DNA from: Lobosporangium transversale | Lineage: Eukaryota | DNA: 64,000 bases | Direction: 5' to 3' | NCBI RefSeq assembly: GCF_002105155.1 | Contig: NW_019029012.1 | Coordinates: forward strand, 372,001 to 436,000 | Shown: piece by piece, positions 24,057 through 36,715 of the stretch | Layout of the letters: the number at the start of each line of letters is the position of its first letter | How positions within the stretch are numbered: the stretch's first letter is position 1 | The notes under the pieces: model-generated | Seen by the model: only the letters and a program-made list of their open reading frames with translations | What the model was told of the DNA's origin: nothing | Database searches by the model: none | Made by a program: the position numbers and the translations under genes

Positions 24057-24350
24057 TTGGGGCTAAAGAAAAGAAATAAAAATACGTTCACTTTCCACTT
24101 TGATTTGGAGTACATGGCTCTTAAATATGTGCCTTCTAATGAATATTTACTTTGTTGGTAGCAAATGTTATACATATTCAAAAACTTGCACCGTCAAAAG
24201 TAAGTTTGGTGATTGTAGAACTGTAAGCCCTTACCAAGTTGAGAACCTCCGGTGTAACAAGTTATTTTGCAAATACGGACTCATCTCGTGGGATCCAACA
24301 TCACAATTGGCATAGCTTTTGTTTGTCTTCTTGCTCTTCCTATAGCTATC

Positions 24351-24385
<35 letters not shown>

Positions 24386-24869
24386 CCCTGATCTAGTAAA
24401 CTAGCAAGAGTAGCATTTTATCTTTCATGCCAATGACCGCCATAGCTTCATACCCAGTCTCATAAAGAGCATTCCGTCGGTTATACCGTCATTAGTAAGT
24501 AAATAAATATATTTGTTCAAGGAATATCGCACCACCTGGCTCCGAAATATGTGGATGGTGCAGAATCCGTGTCCTTTAGAGGTGGGCGATCAAGTTCAAA
24601 AAGGTCAAAACCTCAATATCTCCTCCCCATCACAGCTGGAATCCTCCAAGGATAAATAACCATTAACCCATTTCCACAGCCATAACTTGAATAAGAGTTT
24701 GCTTACATTATGAAGTAAAAAAAAAAACAAATTAAGCAAGGCGCCAAGAAGCCACTCATATCATTTGCATTCCTTGCAGCTACTAATGTTATGAAGGCTA
24801 CGTTTTGTTTTTCTCTTTGTTTGAGTTGTAAACACAACATCCTTATCACTAAAGCGAGTTATTCATTGG

Positions 24870-24902
<33 letters not shown>

Positions 24903-25997
24903 CTTTCCCCATTTGGTTATGAGGCGATAATATGTTGAATTAGCTCACTCATCATATTCATCACCAAGATCCATCCAACTTAGACAGAAACCTCAATAAC
25001 TACGCCTAGTCATTTACTCAGTTCTGGAAGTGCAAATCGGACAAATCAAACCCTTGCTTTCTATCAGCCCCGACCCGCCAATATGAAAGCTCCTGCTCTA
25101 ATACATGTATTGTAGAACAAACTTTTACCCTGAGTCAAATATGCAAAGATATCAAAAATCATGATATTTTTGGTTTTGATATTATATATATTTTACAGAA
25201 CATTTATTTTCAAATTGTCTAATAACAACAATAATATTGATGAAGACAAAAAAAAAAAAGTTGGGATTGGAAACCATCACACCAGCTTTTCGTCAAGGAT
25301 CAAATTTATTTTTCGCGTTATCATTCACTCAGCCCCAGGAAGTCATGGCAGAATGTTTAGCTGAGTGCTAGGACAACAATTGTATTATAAAAAAAATGTG
25401 TAGTTCAAGCATCCACCAAGCCTGGTCCGTGCGCCCATATCTGCGCCGTCCGTTTCGCCACATCAAAGGTGTGGCTTTTTTGAAGAAATAAATAGAGTAA
25501 AAGGTGTATGCCTTGGAAACTCACAGTCAAACCGGAAAGTGTGTAATATCAGTCTGACATGGACTAAACCCTTATTTTAAGAAGACTGTGGCACTTGTGC
25601 CGAATGCATGACGTCCCAACCTAAAGGCAGGACTGGTGTCTGTTAGTCTGCGCCATGAGTTGACCAACAATGCCGTTATCACACGTGAAGTTTAGATTAA
25701 GATGCAAGCAGCTCAACAGGTCACCCCGCGCCCTCTCTTAGTGGACCTCTTCTGTCGTTGCTGGAAACCCTCAGGCGCTACTTGATTAATCGGATGCTGC
25801 TGAATTTATTGGATTTCGGATTGTTGCTTGTACATACTCAGAAGTCCAGCGATGCATCTGTTTTTATGAGTACATGTACATGTTACACACGTCAGATCAG
25901 AAAAACCTTATTAGCTAGGGAAAAAAAAAAAAAAAAAAAAAAAACTTTCACGCTTTCATCTCACGTTTTACTTCACTCCATCATTTCTCTTCGCACG

Positions 25998-27338
25998 ATG
26001 AGCAATCTCAATTTGAATCCTTTGGAAATTCCAGATATTGTTTCGCTTATCAGTGATTTCCTAGAACAAAAAGACCTCTTGTCTTGTATTCGTGTCTCCA
26101 AGGTTTTTCATAATACACTTGTCAAATCCATCTGGAAACAGATCATTATTAAATGCGATTCAAGAAATCCTACTGTTGAGGCACTGCAGAACTACAAGAA
26201 ATACATTGAAGCGCTTGTGTTTCTTCATACGTTTCCACAGGAGTACACAGCATTGCAAGGCTGTAGTCGTCTTCGATCCATCGAATGTATAGCCGGAATA
26301 TCATACAATCCCTGTCATGTTTCCAACTTAATCAAGTCTCACAGTTGCACAATCACTGAGCTTACGCTCTACTACGTTGAGGATTTACGGGAGATATGGG
26401 GAACATTCCTAGAATGCACTCATCTACAAGCCTTGACTATCCATGGAGCATATATACCCGAAGATGAAGTCAGTCTGTTCTTTCAAGTCTGCAAGGGACT
26501 CAGGTGTCTAGACTTGGTTAGAGTAAACATCGATCAACTACCTTTCGATTTCATGAACAACGACACGGACATGAGTATTTTCCCAAATATGAACACACTT
26601 GGTCTTCAGGATGTCCAAATTCTTTCCCCCCCACATCCGCACACAGGATCGTATTGCCTCGGCATGTTGACTAAGAGGTGTCCAAGGTTACGTTCATTGA
26701 GTTTTTATGATATCATTGGGTCCACTGAATCATCGCAACAAATCCATACTGAGTTCTACAGAACAGTATTCCTTGACCACCCCTTCACTCTGACAGACCT
26801 ATCAGATCTGTCGATGCATTTCGGAAGGATAAAGGACAAAGATATGGCGGCACTTCTCAGACAGATGACTGAACTGAGGCGGTTAGTTGCCCAGTTTTGT
26901 GAGTTTGGTCCACTTTCTATTCGAGAACTGCTAGCAGACGAGCAGGAGATTCAGAAGAACGGACACATTGAGCGAAAAAGAAGGGAACAAAGGCTCTGCG
27001 ATACAGTTGAGAGACTGGAGTTCAGTAGAGAAGGCATCAAGTCCGATGGTATTGTTCAAACAATCTTATCCAATTGTCCACGCTTAAAGGCACTGCATGG
27101 AACTGAAGTCACGGTGACAGAAATTGTAGGTGGTGCAGAATGGGTTTGCACTGAGCTGACTAACTTGCATGTCAATCTTGTGGTTGATGTTGATCAAGAG
27201 ACTACAGAAGGCAAGGAGAAGGGACGCATTGTGTATGAACGGATACGCAAGTTGACCCGATTAAATCGTGATGCCTTTTTGCGGTTTAGTGGCTTTCTGT
27301 CTTTTACAGGTTCGAATCTTGACGAAAGCCAGGCGTAA
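25998..27338 (+). CDS. F-box-like + LRR protein, copy E (short tail)
   Basis: True start MSNLNLNPLEIPDIV at 25998; the upstream ORF extension runs through a poly-A tract. Short tail EGKEKGRIVYERI. Confidence 0.85.
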   Translation: MSNLNLNPLEIPDIVSLISDFLEQKDLLSCIRVSKVFHNTLVKSIWKQIIIKCDSRNPTVEALQNYKKYIEALVFLHTFPQEYTALQGCSRLRSIECIAGISYNPCHVSNLIKSHSCTITELTLYYVEDLREIWGTFLECTHLQALTIHGAYIPEDEVSLFFQVCKGLRCLDLVRVNIDQLPFDFMNNDTDMSIFPNMNTLGLQDVQILSPPHPHTGSYCLGMLTKRCPRLRSLSFYDIIGSTESSQQIHTEFYRTVFLDHPFTLTDLSDLSMHFGRIKDKDMAALLRQMTELRRLVAQFCEFGPLSIRELLADEQEIQKNGHIERKRREQRLCDTVERLEFSREGIKSDGIVQTILSNCPRLKALHGTEVTVTEIVGGAEWVCTELTNLHVNLVVDVDQETTEGKEKGRIVYERIRKLTRLNRDAFLRFSGFLSFTGSNLDESQA

Positions 27339-27526
27339 GAACCCGTGTTTGCCAATTATTCAGATTTGATGACCAGAAGATTCAGGAAGTACCAGAACTA
27401 AAGTCCAGTCTTGGTGTATCAATTCCCTTTGGTAGTTAATAAAAGCATACTTCCTAACTGTTGACAATCGATAATCTACATTTACAATAAAAAAACTCTT
27501 TTATTATTAAATTATAAAAATAGTGC

Positions 27527-28366
27527 TTATTTAGATTCGTTGTTCTCCTTGGATCCATTGATTTCTTTGTTCAGCATCTCCATGACCATAGCACCACAGA
27601 GTTGTGAAATGGGGTTATCCTGAACAGCCACTGCCTTCGCCACTGGGTTGCCAAAACGCGCGCCTCGCTCAAAATCAACTTGGGCACCATCCTTATCACC
27701 ACTCAACTTCTTAATGATACCACGCTGAGTATAGGCTTGTTTGAGAATCGCTGGTTGACCGTTGCCATGCTCAATCGCCTTATTCAGATCCTGCAAAGCC
27801 GCTGTAGTATTTTCCTGAATCCTGTATGCTTGTGCTCTATAAAATGCAAACGTCATATTTATAAAAAGAGGTAAGCAACAGATTTCATTATAGAATAAAT
27901 AACAAAAAATAAAAATAAAAATAAAAATAAAAAATAAAATAAAATAAAATAAAATAAATAAAATTAAATGATGAGACCTCAATCTTACCTATTGTTGTAT
28001 CCAGAGGCGTATGTTGGGCAAAGTTCAATGACCTCTGTAAATTTTGCAATCGCACCGTTGATATCATCTTTTTCAGCAAGAAGTACAGCCTCGGCTTCCA
28101 TATCCTTGAGTCGTTTCAGTAATTCAGGTTCAATTGCTAATGGAAAGGAAAAAGAAAGGGTTAAAAAAAAGTGAAGTAAACAAGCAATGAAAGAATCAAT
28201 TTTGAGCCTACAGCTCAACCCTGAACATATATTAGATAAACTCACCTATTGGTGCGTTGTTAAGCATAGCCTCGGTCTCTTTATCCGGCAACATGGTGCC
28301 CTCGGGATTGAAGACCATATCGAGGATGCGAGCATCCTTTGCGCTGACAGTTGATTGGCTTGTCAT
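27527..28366 (-). CDS. TTC36: Tetratricopeptide repeat protein 36 homolog, 3 exons, ~192 aa
   Basis: Exons 28366-28246, 28136-27989, 27836-27527 in frame. DARILDMVFNPE, SGYNNRAQA, QAYTQRG, DFERGARFG, NPISQLCGAMV match the TTC36 pattern (AYNNRAQA..QRG..DFERAARLG..NPYAALCN). Confidence 0.88.
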
Positions 28367-28569
28367 AGTGAGGTATTTATGGGTTGTGGGTTATGGGTTA
28401 TGGGTATAAATATCTCTGTGGGTTGAAAAAAAGCGAGGAAGGGTAGTGATTTATTGTTGGGGTGAGTGAAAAACAATGACAGAAGGTATGGAATGTTGAA
28501 GAGGAATGAGAAGAAAAAAGAAAAGCTTGTGGAGAAGTAGTAATTCGTTCGTGGGAAGAACTCCGATAG

Positions 28570-28581
28570 TATCACGTGATA
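28570..28581. promoter_or_regulatory. Perfect palindromic E-box TATCACGTGATA in the TTC36/TAT divergent intergenic region
   Basis: 12-bp palindrome with CACGTG core, ~200 bp upstream of the TTC36 ATG; a bHLH (Cbf1/SREBP-type) consensus. Function untested. Confidence 0.45.
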
Positions 28582-29458
28582 TATTGAGGGGTTTGCTTTG
28601 CCCACAGAAAAAAAAAAGAAAATTAGATTATTCACCAGAGTACAACTGCACTACGTTACTCTGCAGGACCCGTTTTTTCTTTATCTGTATGTGTCTTGAT
28701 ATTTCCAGAATTATTTACTCTGGGGACTAAGAACCTCTGGTTGATGTTTATTATGAAATATGGTAATTAAGCCCGTTAACAAAGAACCCAATGGCCATAG
28801 CTGCAATATATTTCCACACTGTTGATCTGCCCTGAACTGAACTGCTGGCATGACAGGTCAAGACTGAAACCCAGGAACAACACTTCCGACGAGGGACAGC
28901 ATTGCGTAGGACCCAAGGTAGAGGTAACAGCTGAGGTACTGAAGGAGGTCAAAATAAAGCATTGATATTATCCGACGATACCTACCTACCACAACCACTG
29001 AAGGGGATCGTAGGGAGACTTTGTAAGCAGTACGGACTACAACTAAGCGAGCGACCGGGACTCTAAAAGGAGATGTATCGGTTTTTATTAATAAATATCG
29101 GTTTTGTATGAAAAAGTGAGAGTGACAGTACCAGACCCCAGGCACAAGTAGAGAGCCTTACGATAAAACTGAAATTGGTGGCAACCTAATCGGCGCGTAT
29201 TATCCATGTTGTACTCTATTCTAAAGAGGATTAGTTCAAGTTACCCCTCTGTGGGACAATACAAAAAAAAACGCGCTAGTTGACCCCATCGTGTAAGAAA
29301 TGTTCGTTAAAGGGTGTAGTTGTGGAAGAGTATGTCCGATCGGCTCTACTTTTTTCTTCCCACAGTTCCACAGCCATTTAAATCCAACAATTCTCTTTCA
29401 ACATCATTCTCACACTCTCTTATTCATTCTTGATTTACTCAGCCATCTCAACTTGATC

Positions 29459-30845
29459 ATGTCTGCTCCTAACACTCACTCTCGTAATTCATGGAAGGTC
29501 TCTGCCTCCATCGTTGCCAAGCGCACATCTAACCCCATCCGTGCCATTGTCGATCACATCAAGGTCAAGCCAAATGTTGCAAAGTCCATGATCTCTCTTG
29601 CTTTGGGTGATCCCACTCTCTTTGGTAACTTCAAAATCCATGAGTCCTGCACAGAAGCTGTCTCGAAGCAACTTCACTCCTACAAGAGCAATGGATATCC
29701 TCCCTCAACTGGTTACCCACATGCCCGCCAGGCTGTTGCTGACAAGTTTACTCGTCCCGACGCTCCTTTGACTGCTCAGGATGTCATCCTCGCCAGCGGA
29801 TGCTCTGGTGCAATCGACATGTGCATTGGTGTTCTTTGCAACGAAGGTGACAATATTCTCTTGCCTCGTCCTGGTTTTTCACTTTACCAGACTCTTGCTG
29901 ACTCGAAGGGTATCGAAGTGCGCTATTACGATCTGTTGGTGAGTGAAGAAGAGCATCATTTAAAAAAAAAAAAAAAAAGTCCTTGATAGCAATCGTTCCT
30001 TTGTCACTTGGTCGCGTTAGTTCGACTCAATTCAAATATTAATATAATCCTTCTCCTTTGTCAAATACTATTTTTTATAGCCTGAAAGCAACTGGGAAAT
30101 GGATCTCAAGCATCTCGAGTCATTGATTGATGAGCGTACAGCCACTGTTGTCATGAACAATCCTTCCAACCCCTGTGGTTCTGTCTTCAAAAAGCAGCAT
30201 TTGCTTGATTTCCTGGCTGTCTGTGAACGCAATCATCTGCCTGTTATTGCTGATGAGATTTATTGCGATCTTGTCTTCAGTGGTAACGAATTCTTCCCTC
30301 TTGCTTCTCTTACCACGACAGTCCCCGTGCTCGCCGTCGGTGGCCTTGCAAAGAAGTATTTGGTTCCCGGGTGGAGATTGGGCTGGCTTTTTATTCATGA
30401 CCGCAATGATATCTTTGGGGCTGAAATCCGGGATGGCCTTAACAGCTTATCTCAGTTGATTCTCGGACCCAATTCATTGGTCCAGAGTGCACTTCAGGAT
30501 ATTCTCCATAACACCGATCCTGCTTTCTACAACGACACTCGTGTACAACTCGAGGCGAATGCAAAGATGAGCACAGACATCTTGTCCAAGGTGCCTGGCC
30601 TCAAGGTCATTATTCCTCAGGGTGCAATGTATGTGATGATCGGCATCAATGTTGCAGAATTCAAGGATATTGAGAACGACATTGTCTTTACAGAGAAACT
30701 TTTGGGAGAGGAATCCGTCATGTGTTTGCCTGGCTCTGTCTTCCAATGCCCCAATTTCATCCGCATTGTTTTCACTTCTCCCTCAGAGGTGCTCCAAGAG
30801 GCATACAACCGCATGGCCGAGTTCTGTGCTCGCCATCATATTTAA
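29459..30845 (+). CDS. TAT: Tyrosine aminotransferase (class I PLP-dependent), 2 exons, ~414 aa
   Basis: Exons 29459-29938 and 30081-30845. NPIRAIVD, ISLALGDPT, NGYPPSTG, SGCSGAI, NNPSNPCGSVF, IADEIY, and the PLP-lysine motif GGLAKKYLVPGWRLGW. Confidence 0.92.
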
Positions 30846-31389
30846 ATATTTAAAGAACAGGGAAAAGAGGAGAGCCTGCGCCATAGGAAATACATGTAAT
30901 TATATATAATACGATTACCTCTAGCATATCAATAAAAGAAAAAGAAAAAGGCGTTTTCAAAGGACAAGTACTCAAGCAAATCCAACAAAGAGAGAGAGAG
31001 AGAAAAAGAGCGAGAAAGAGAGAATGGAAAGCATATTTTTATTGATGTACATGTACATGTTCAAATTTTTTTTTTTTATTTCATCCTTACCTTTTACTTG
31101 TGAACAAATGGAGCGGGTTTAAAATATAAAGATGAATCAAAGACTACAAGATTGCCCCTATATCATTTCAATCGTCTTTTTTTTTTTTTTTTTTTTTTTT
31201 TTTTGCAAGTCGTCAAAATCCAGAAGATATCCATTGGCGTCCAAAGGTCAATTAGTCCACAGGTGTCACTCATTAATCAATGATTTTTATTTTTTTTTTT
31301 TTTTTTCTTCATTTTTTCTTCTTCTGGCCATGTCCACAATCAACCCCGTCGGGAATTGTTTGATTCCTCCTTCAGCAGTCCACTGATGT

Positions 31390-31424
<35 letters not shown>

Positions 31425-31580
31425 CACCCTCTATAACAAAGTGGAATGCTGTGTCTATGGTATTTGATAAAAATGCTGAATGGGTTATGCATGTTCGTTG
31501 TTCTTTCTCTCTTTCTCGAGTATGTCTTTAAGAAAATTATTGTGATATGAAGTCTAAGCTGGGTCTTGATGAAGATTGTA

Positions 31581-33236
31581 TTAAGCAGTCTCCGATGGTT
31601 GACCAACAGCTTGTTGATGATCAGGTTGTTCTGATAATGATTGACCCACTGCGTGTTGCTCTGATGCTTCTGTTACTTTAGAAGGGTCCTCTACACCCTG
31701 TACAGTCAGTCCCTCCGCAGACTGCTGTCCTTCCTGGATACTAGTGCCAGTGCCAATGTTAGATTGTGACTTAATGTTCTTTTCATGGTCAACAATATCA
31801 GTAGAAGGGTTTGATGTCGCTTGCACTCCGCTTTCTACAGGAGTTGAGCCTTCCGTGACAGTACGTGTGTGGGGTTGAAGTGATGTTTCTGCAGTGCCAT
31901 TATGATCTGTCGTGGTTCCGGTCAAGCGTGGAGGCTTAATGTCCTTTTTGGTCAATCCAATATCCCAGTCCAACTTCAATCGTCTGCCCTCGACATCAAA
32001 CCCATTATAGTTCTCTAATGCCTCCTCTGCGTTCTTGCGATCATCAAATTCAACAAATGCAAATCTACCAAGACACATGCACAAGGATAACAACGAAGAT
32101 GAGTACAGACATTAGATAGAAAGAGTTGAAGAAGGAGATGAAGAGAAGTATGCACCAGTATAGATAAATCAAGGCGCGAAAAAAAAAAAAAAAAAAAAAA
32201 AAAAATTAGACAATAGAGAGATCGAGGTTATAGCACGATATAGTTAAATAGTAAGAGTAAAAGAGGCCTGATAAGCAGAAAAGATGGGAAGTAAAAGGAA
32301 GGGGAAAGAACGACACTATACCCTTTATTACGACCAGTATACTGATCCATAACCACAGTGACCTTGACAATAGTGCCAAACTTCTTGAACATGTCCTCCA
32401 CTTCTTGTTCACGGAAGGTATAGGGGATATTGCCAACATACAGAGTCCTAGAGGCAAGACGATCCTCCTCTGTTCCACTACAAAAAATGCATAAAAAGAA
32501 AAAAAAAAGTTTCAGTTTTTCAAATCAACCATGTCTTTCAGATTATAAAAAGCAAAACGAAATAAAAATAATAAAAACAATACCGGTTGATGGCTCTTGA
32601 CTGTCTGGGTGGAGAACGAGTACGGGAGCCTCCATAGCCCCCACGATCATAGCCACTACGACCACTATAGCCTCCACGACTGTAGTCTCGGTTGTAGCTG
32701 CGGCCATAGCCTCGATCATAGCCGCGATCATAACCACGGTTACTATAGCCTCGATCAAAATCATAACGATCATGTCCCCTGTCATATCCTCGATCATACC
32801 CACGATGGCTAGGATAATCCATTTCCCGATCATACCCACGAGAATGTCGGTGACCACGAGGGGATGGTGTTCTGCGATGACGAGGTGGAGGAGAATAAGA
32901 TCGATCGCGGTACCCCCGGTAAGGCGGAGGGGATCGACGTCCACTACCGGAAAGGCCACGAGGCACGTCATGGGGCGAAGGATGCATGGGATAGCCTTGA
33001 GGATGAGGAGGGATACCGGGGGGCGCAGGGACATGGTGTGAATGTGAGGTATGGCCAAGATGATGAGGACGCTGTGGGTCTATCATACCAGGATGCTGAT
33101 ATTGCTGGTATGCTTGGTGTGGAGGAGCAACCTGTTGTTGCTGCATCGGTGTTCCAGGCATCATGTAAGATGTATGAGGCACTGACCAAGCAGCTGTGGC
33201 GGTCATATGGGCATGCTGTTGCTGCTGAGGGTCCAT
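31581..33236 (-). CDS. SR/TRA2-like RNA-binding protein with a single RRM, 3 exons, ~430 aa
   Basis: Exons 33236-32584, 32477-32322, 32064-31581 in frame. RNP2 LYVGNI, RNP1 KGFAFVEF; N-terminal P/H/Q-rich region and RS/RGYD repeats. Confidence 0.85.
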
Positions 33237-33760
33237 GTTTTGTGAATTCGGGATTGAAAAGGATCAAAGTTAAGTAGTAACAGTGATGGGTAAGGTAAAG
33301 AAAAGGAAAAAAAAAAAAAAAAATAAAAAAAAAAAAAATAAAAGCAATGAGGTCTTTTATTTTTGTTATTGTGGTCAGCAGAGAGACCTTCTACAAAGCC
33401 GTCACAATGCAGTGCGAGTGGCATATCCGCCAGTTTTACTCCTTGTCCCGAAACGCTTTGACTTCCATATGATCAATGTGAATAGCTACACCCGAGTCAT
33501 AAAGCCCTCAATCGACACTTCTTCGAAGACAAACACCAATGTTGTCCAGACACGGTGATTTATATCTTTATGTTCATAGTTATTCTGCACTTTCGGATGA
33601 AGAGGAAATGAACCCTGCGCAGAAAATTAAACTCCTTTTCAGCAAGAGTGTAGAGCACTCTTGTAGCGTCGAATTGTGACCAGAGCAGTAAGTGGCCAGA
33701 AGCATATTTGTTCTCTTGGTGACGTAGCTCAGGTATTTATTGGGCTGTTCTCTTTAAATT

Positions 33761-35053
33761 CTACAAAACATCTGCTTCTGCTGTTGTCGCGGCGATGACG
33801 CTAAAATTTAAGTTATCAGGATCTCGCTTTACAAATTCCTTGGCTACTTTCATGGCATCCTAGATTACAAATAAAGCAGATAAAGTGAACGAAATATAAA
33901 GATGAGCAAGTTCTTTAGAGTATCAGAGCAGCAAATGCCTTTCATTCACACATACATACATAAGAAAAATGGAGACTTACAAACAAAAATGTATCTCGAG
34001 AAGTGGTACCGTGATTGATTGGATAGGGCTTGTTTCCATCCAACTCATACAGGTGTCCATCTCGCTCAATCAGACAAACAAAGTGTAGATCCAGCTCATC
34101 TGCAATATCGGGTGTCTGTGTCTGTCCCGTGGATGCATGACTTTCGTGAACACCGGCAAAAGCATTATCCTCCTCCAATGCCTTGGCCCTCTCTGCTGGA
34201 GATAGATCAAGGGTCTTTTTCAAAAACCGATCTATGATGCTGTCCTCCTCTATTAAACATCATGTTCCACAATGATATTTTCTTTAATTCTATGAAGTTC
34301 TGCTATTCTCTCACAAAATTTTCTTTCATAAACACGCTAGCTGTTGCAATAACAATCTGGGTCCCCTGTACTTACTCAATTTCAATAGTCCTCCATAGGC
34401 CCAATTATTGGCAATCGAATGGAGCACACCCATAGTTCCACATGCATTGCGAATGGTCTGCGGGTAAAAAACCACTTTGGGACTGACAACCTGACCCTCT
34501 TGGTCAATTCGCTGCTTCTCCTCCTTGCAGTACTCTTCGTATTTGGGTGTAATGGGGAAAAGCAAAATGATGGCATGGACAGGCTGAGGAACAAATGCCA
34601 AGAGTTCTTCATCAAGACCTAATGATTAAAGGAGTGCAAGGATGAAGATCAAGTTTTAATATATGCTTAAGACAATTGACATCTCCTAGAAATATCAAGT
34701 GAAAAGTCAGGACGACTACTTCATACCCATTACGTCAGTATATCTCCAGGGTGGCAAGGTTCCGAGGTCACGAACATACTACAAAAGTGAAAAGCAGTAT
34801 GAAGGTATGTAAGTACATGACCTTCTTGAACTTGCGAATTCAATTTAAAAAAAACTCTTGTCATCTAAAGCATACCTTGTCCAGCACCTTATAAAATGAA
34901 AAGGGATATTGTTGTACGCAGTATATTGGAGTTAGTTTCATATTTGCATGTTCTTTGTCAAGGTTAAAATATTAAAAATGCTTGTACCTCTGGGTTTGAT
35001 TCGAGAGGCAACCAACGTATCTTCTTAGAAGAGTCAGTAGCGGCGGTCGACAT
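33761..35053 (-). CDS. YUH1: Ubiquitin C-terminal hydrolase (UCH-L3/Yuh1 family), 6 exons, ~246 aa
   Basis: Exons 35053-34988, 34887-34876, 34778-34727, 34618-34376, 34249-33981, 33859-33761. WLPLESNPE, QTIRNACG (Cys), LHFV (His), LYELDG (Asp). Confidence 0.93.
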
Positions 35054-35231
35054 TCTGTGATTTTGTAAGGTAGTGAATGTGAATGAATGTGAACAGAAAG
35101 GTTCGGTTGCCTGAAAGACTTACGCCTCCCCTAAGTAATTCCTAGCCACTAGATTTGTGGGACTGTCATGTCTGGCGTGTGCATCTTTATCCATTAATTA
35201 CATTAATTGACATTTTACACAAGGCCGCATC

Positions 35232-36083
35232 ATGAGTGAAACAAAAGTGCATCCTTTCGTGAATACTTCCTCATCCTCTCTACCTTTGTCTCTTGAAGAA
35301 CAGGTAGCTGCCACACCGCTTAGTCCGGGTGGAGCAAGCGTTACCTTCCGAGAGTCTGTCCCGAACAGACGTAAGGGCTCCGTTGGACCGCTGGACCAGC
35401 CCTCAGCATCCAGTGTCCATCACCTCAGGAACCGAATGGAAGGAAAGTCCACACTCAGTCCATCTGTTACTCCTGACCTCAATCCATCTGTATCTGCAAA
35501 CACATCCTGTACAAGCAATACAGGTTCTGCAGGCGGTGGTAACAGTCTTAGTAGGGTCAATTCTACCAAATCACTGTCACACAGGAACACTGCACCAAGA
35601 GCAGGGTCTTTATCAAATGAAGACAACATTCGTTCCTCACACCAGATATCCCGAGTACTGCAGCGGATGAAAGAGCTCTATGAGAAGTACTCACCTTCGC
35701 TGATTCTCGAGAATAAGGGCTCTATTGCTAGAGACCATCTTGCGAATGAGCGTACATATCTAGCTTGGCTGAGATCATCGTTATCACTCATTACCGTTGG
35801 CGTGGCCGTCACACAACTCTTCAGGCTTCAAAATAATAGCCCATCAGGAGGTCCTCAGGAACTGCACACCGTCTCTGAGCTGGGTCGACCTCTTGGAGGC
35901 TCGTTTATTGCTTTAGGACTTCTGTTTCTCTGGCTGGGTACCTCGCGATACTTTCACAGTCAAAATGTATTGTCATATGGACAGTTTCCAGCAAGTCGTG
36001 GGAGTGTCATTATAGCGACAGTAACAGTTCTAACAGTCATCTTGGCATGTTTTATCATCGTCATTCTCCAAGGCAGGACATAG
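35232..36083 (+). CDS. DUF202 (YidH-like) three-TM membrane protein, 283 aa
   Basis: ARDHLANERTYLAWLRSSLSL signature followed by hydrophobic helices; S-rich disordered N-terminus. Confidence 0.88.
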   Translation: MSETKVHPFVNTSSSSLPLSLEEQVAATPLSPGGASVTFRESVPNRRKGSVGPLDQPSASSVHHLRNRMEGKSTLSPSVTPDLNPSVSANTSCTSNTGSAGGGNSLSRVNSTKSLSHRNTAPRAGSLSNEDNIRSSHQISRVLQRMKELYEKYSPSLILENKGSIARDHLANERTYLAWLRSSLSLITVGVAVTQLFRLQNNSPSGGPQELHTVSELGRPLGGSFIALGLLFLWLGTSRYFHSQNVLSYGQFPASRGSVIIATVTVLTVILACFIIVILQGRT

Positions 36084-36161
36084 TACAGATGTTTCTTAGG
36101 ACAAATATAAAAAATATTTATTGTTTACTTGTTTTCAGTTTCTATCTTCCACTGTACTTTG

Positions 36162-36715
36162 TCAACTTTTTCTATCTTTTGCTGCCTGCTGGAGTCTAGC
36201 ATTCTGCATCCATTCGTGCATTTTGGCCTTTTTCCTCTGTTTACGTTTCCAGTTCTTTTCTTTCTTCCAAGTCTTGTAATCAGCTGCAAGATCATCATGC
36301 TTTGTCTTGTTATCATCGCTCACTTTCCGCTTTGTTTTAAATGGACTTTTTGATATATCACTATCTTCATCCATGACAGTGTCCAAGACCTCATGGGCAA
36401 CCTTTCTATTACCGCTTGAACAGTCCTCTGTCTTATTCTCTCCTGAAGCTTTCCCTCCTCTCCTTTGATGGTAAAGTTAGTTACTAGACTAGCCCCATGC
36501 TTATTGGAGCTACCAATCGATCCAGAAGAAATATGATGTTTTTTATAGCCATTTCGTCGTGTAGCAGCCACGAACGATTCGTCCGAGTCACTCTGTATTT
36601 CAGATAAAATGCCGAGATCATTGACCGAGGGTGTCCCTTGAGTTAATCCATATTGGTCATGAGAGAAAGCGTCCATGGAATAATGCATTGTTCGATGAAG
36701 CGATGCAATGGCTGT
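36162..36715 (-). pseudogene. Possible frameshifted remnant of an unknown charged protein
   Basis: Two overlapping protein-like frames (MHYSMDAFSH..SDSDESF and DTVMDEDSD..KKEKNWKRKQRKK) downstream of a poly-T/AG acceptor; no clean in-frame model. Confidence 0.3.

Noticed and set aside
28820..29150. Possible solo LTR between TTC36 and TAT
   Set aside because: AATAAA and TG/CA candidates exist, but no matching target-site duplication or second copy was found.
33761..35053. Functional clustering of the UCH deubiquitinase with F-box genes
   Set aside because: UCH is a conserved housekeeping gene over 6 kb from the nearest copy; proximity alone is not evidence.
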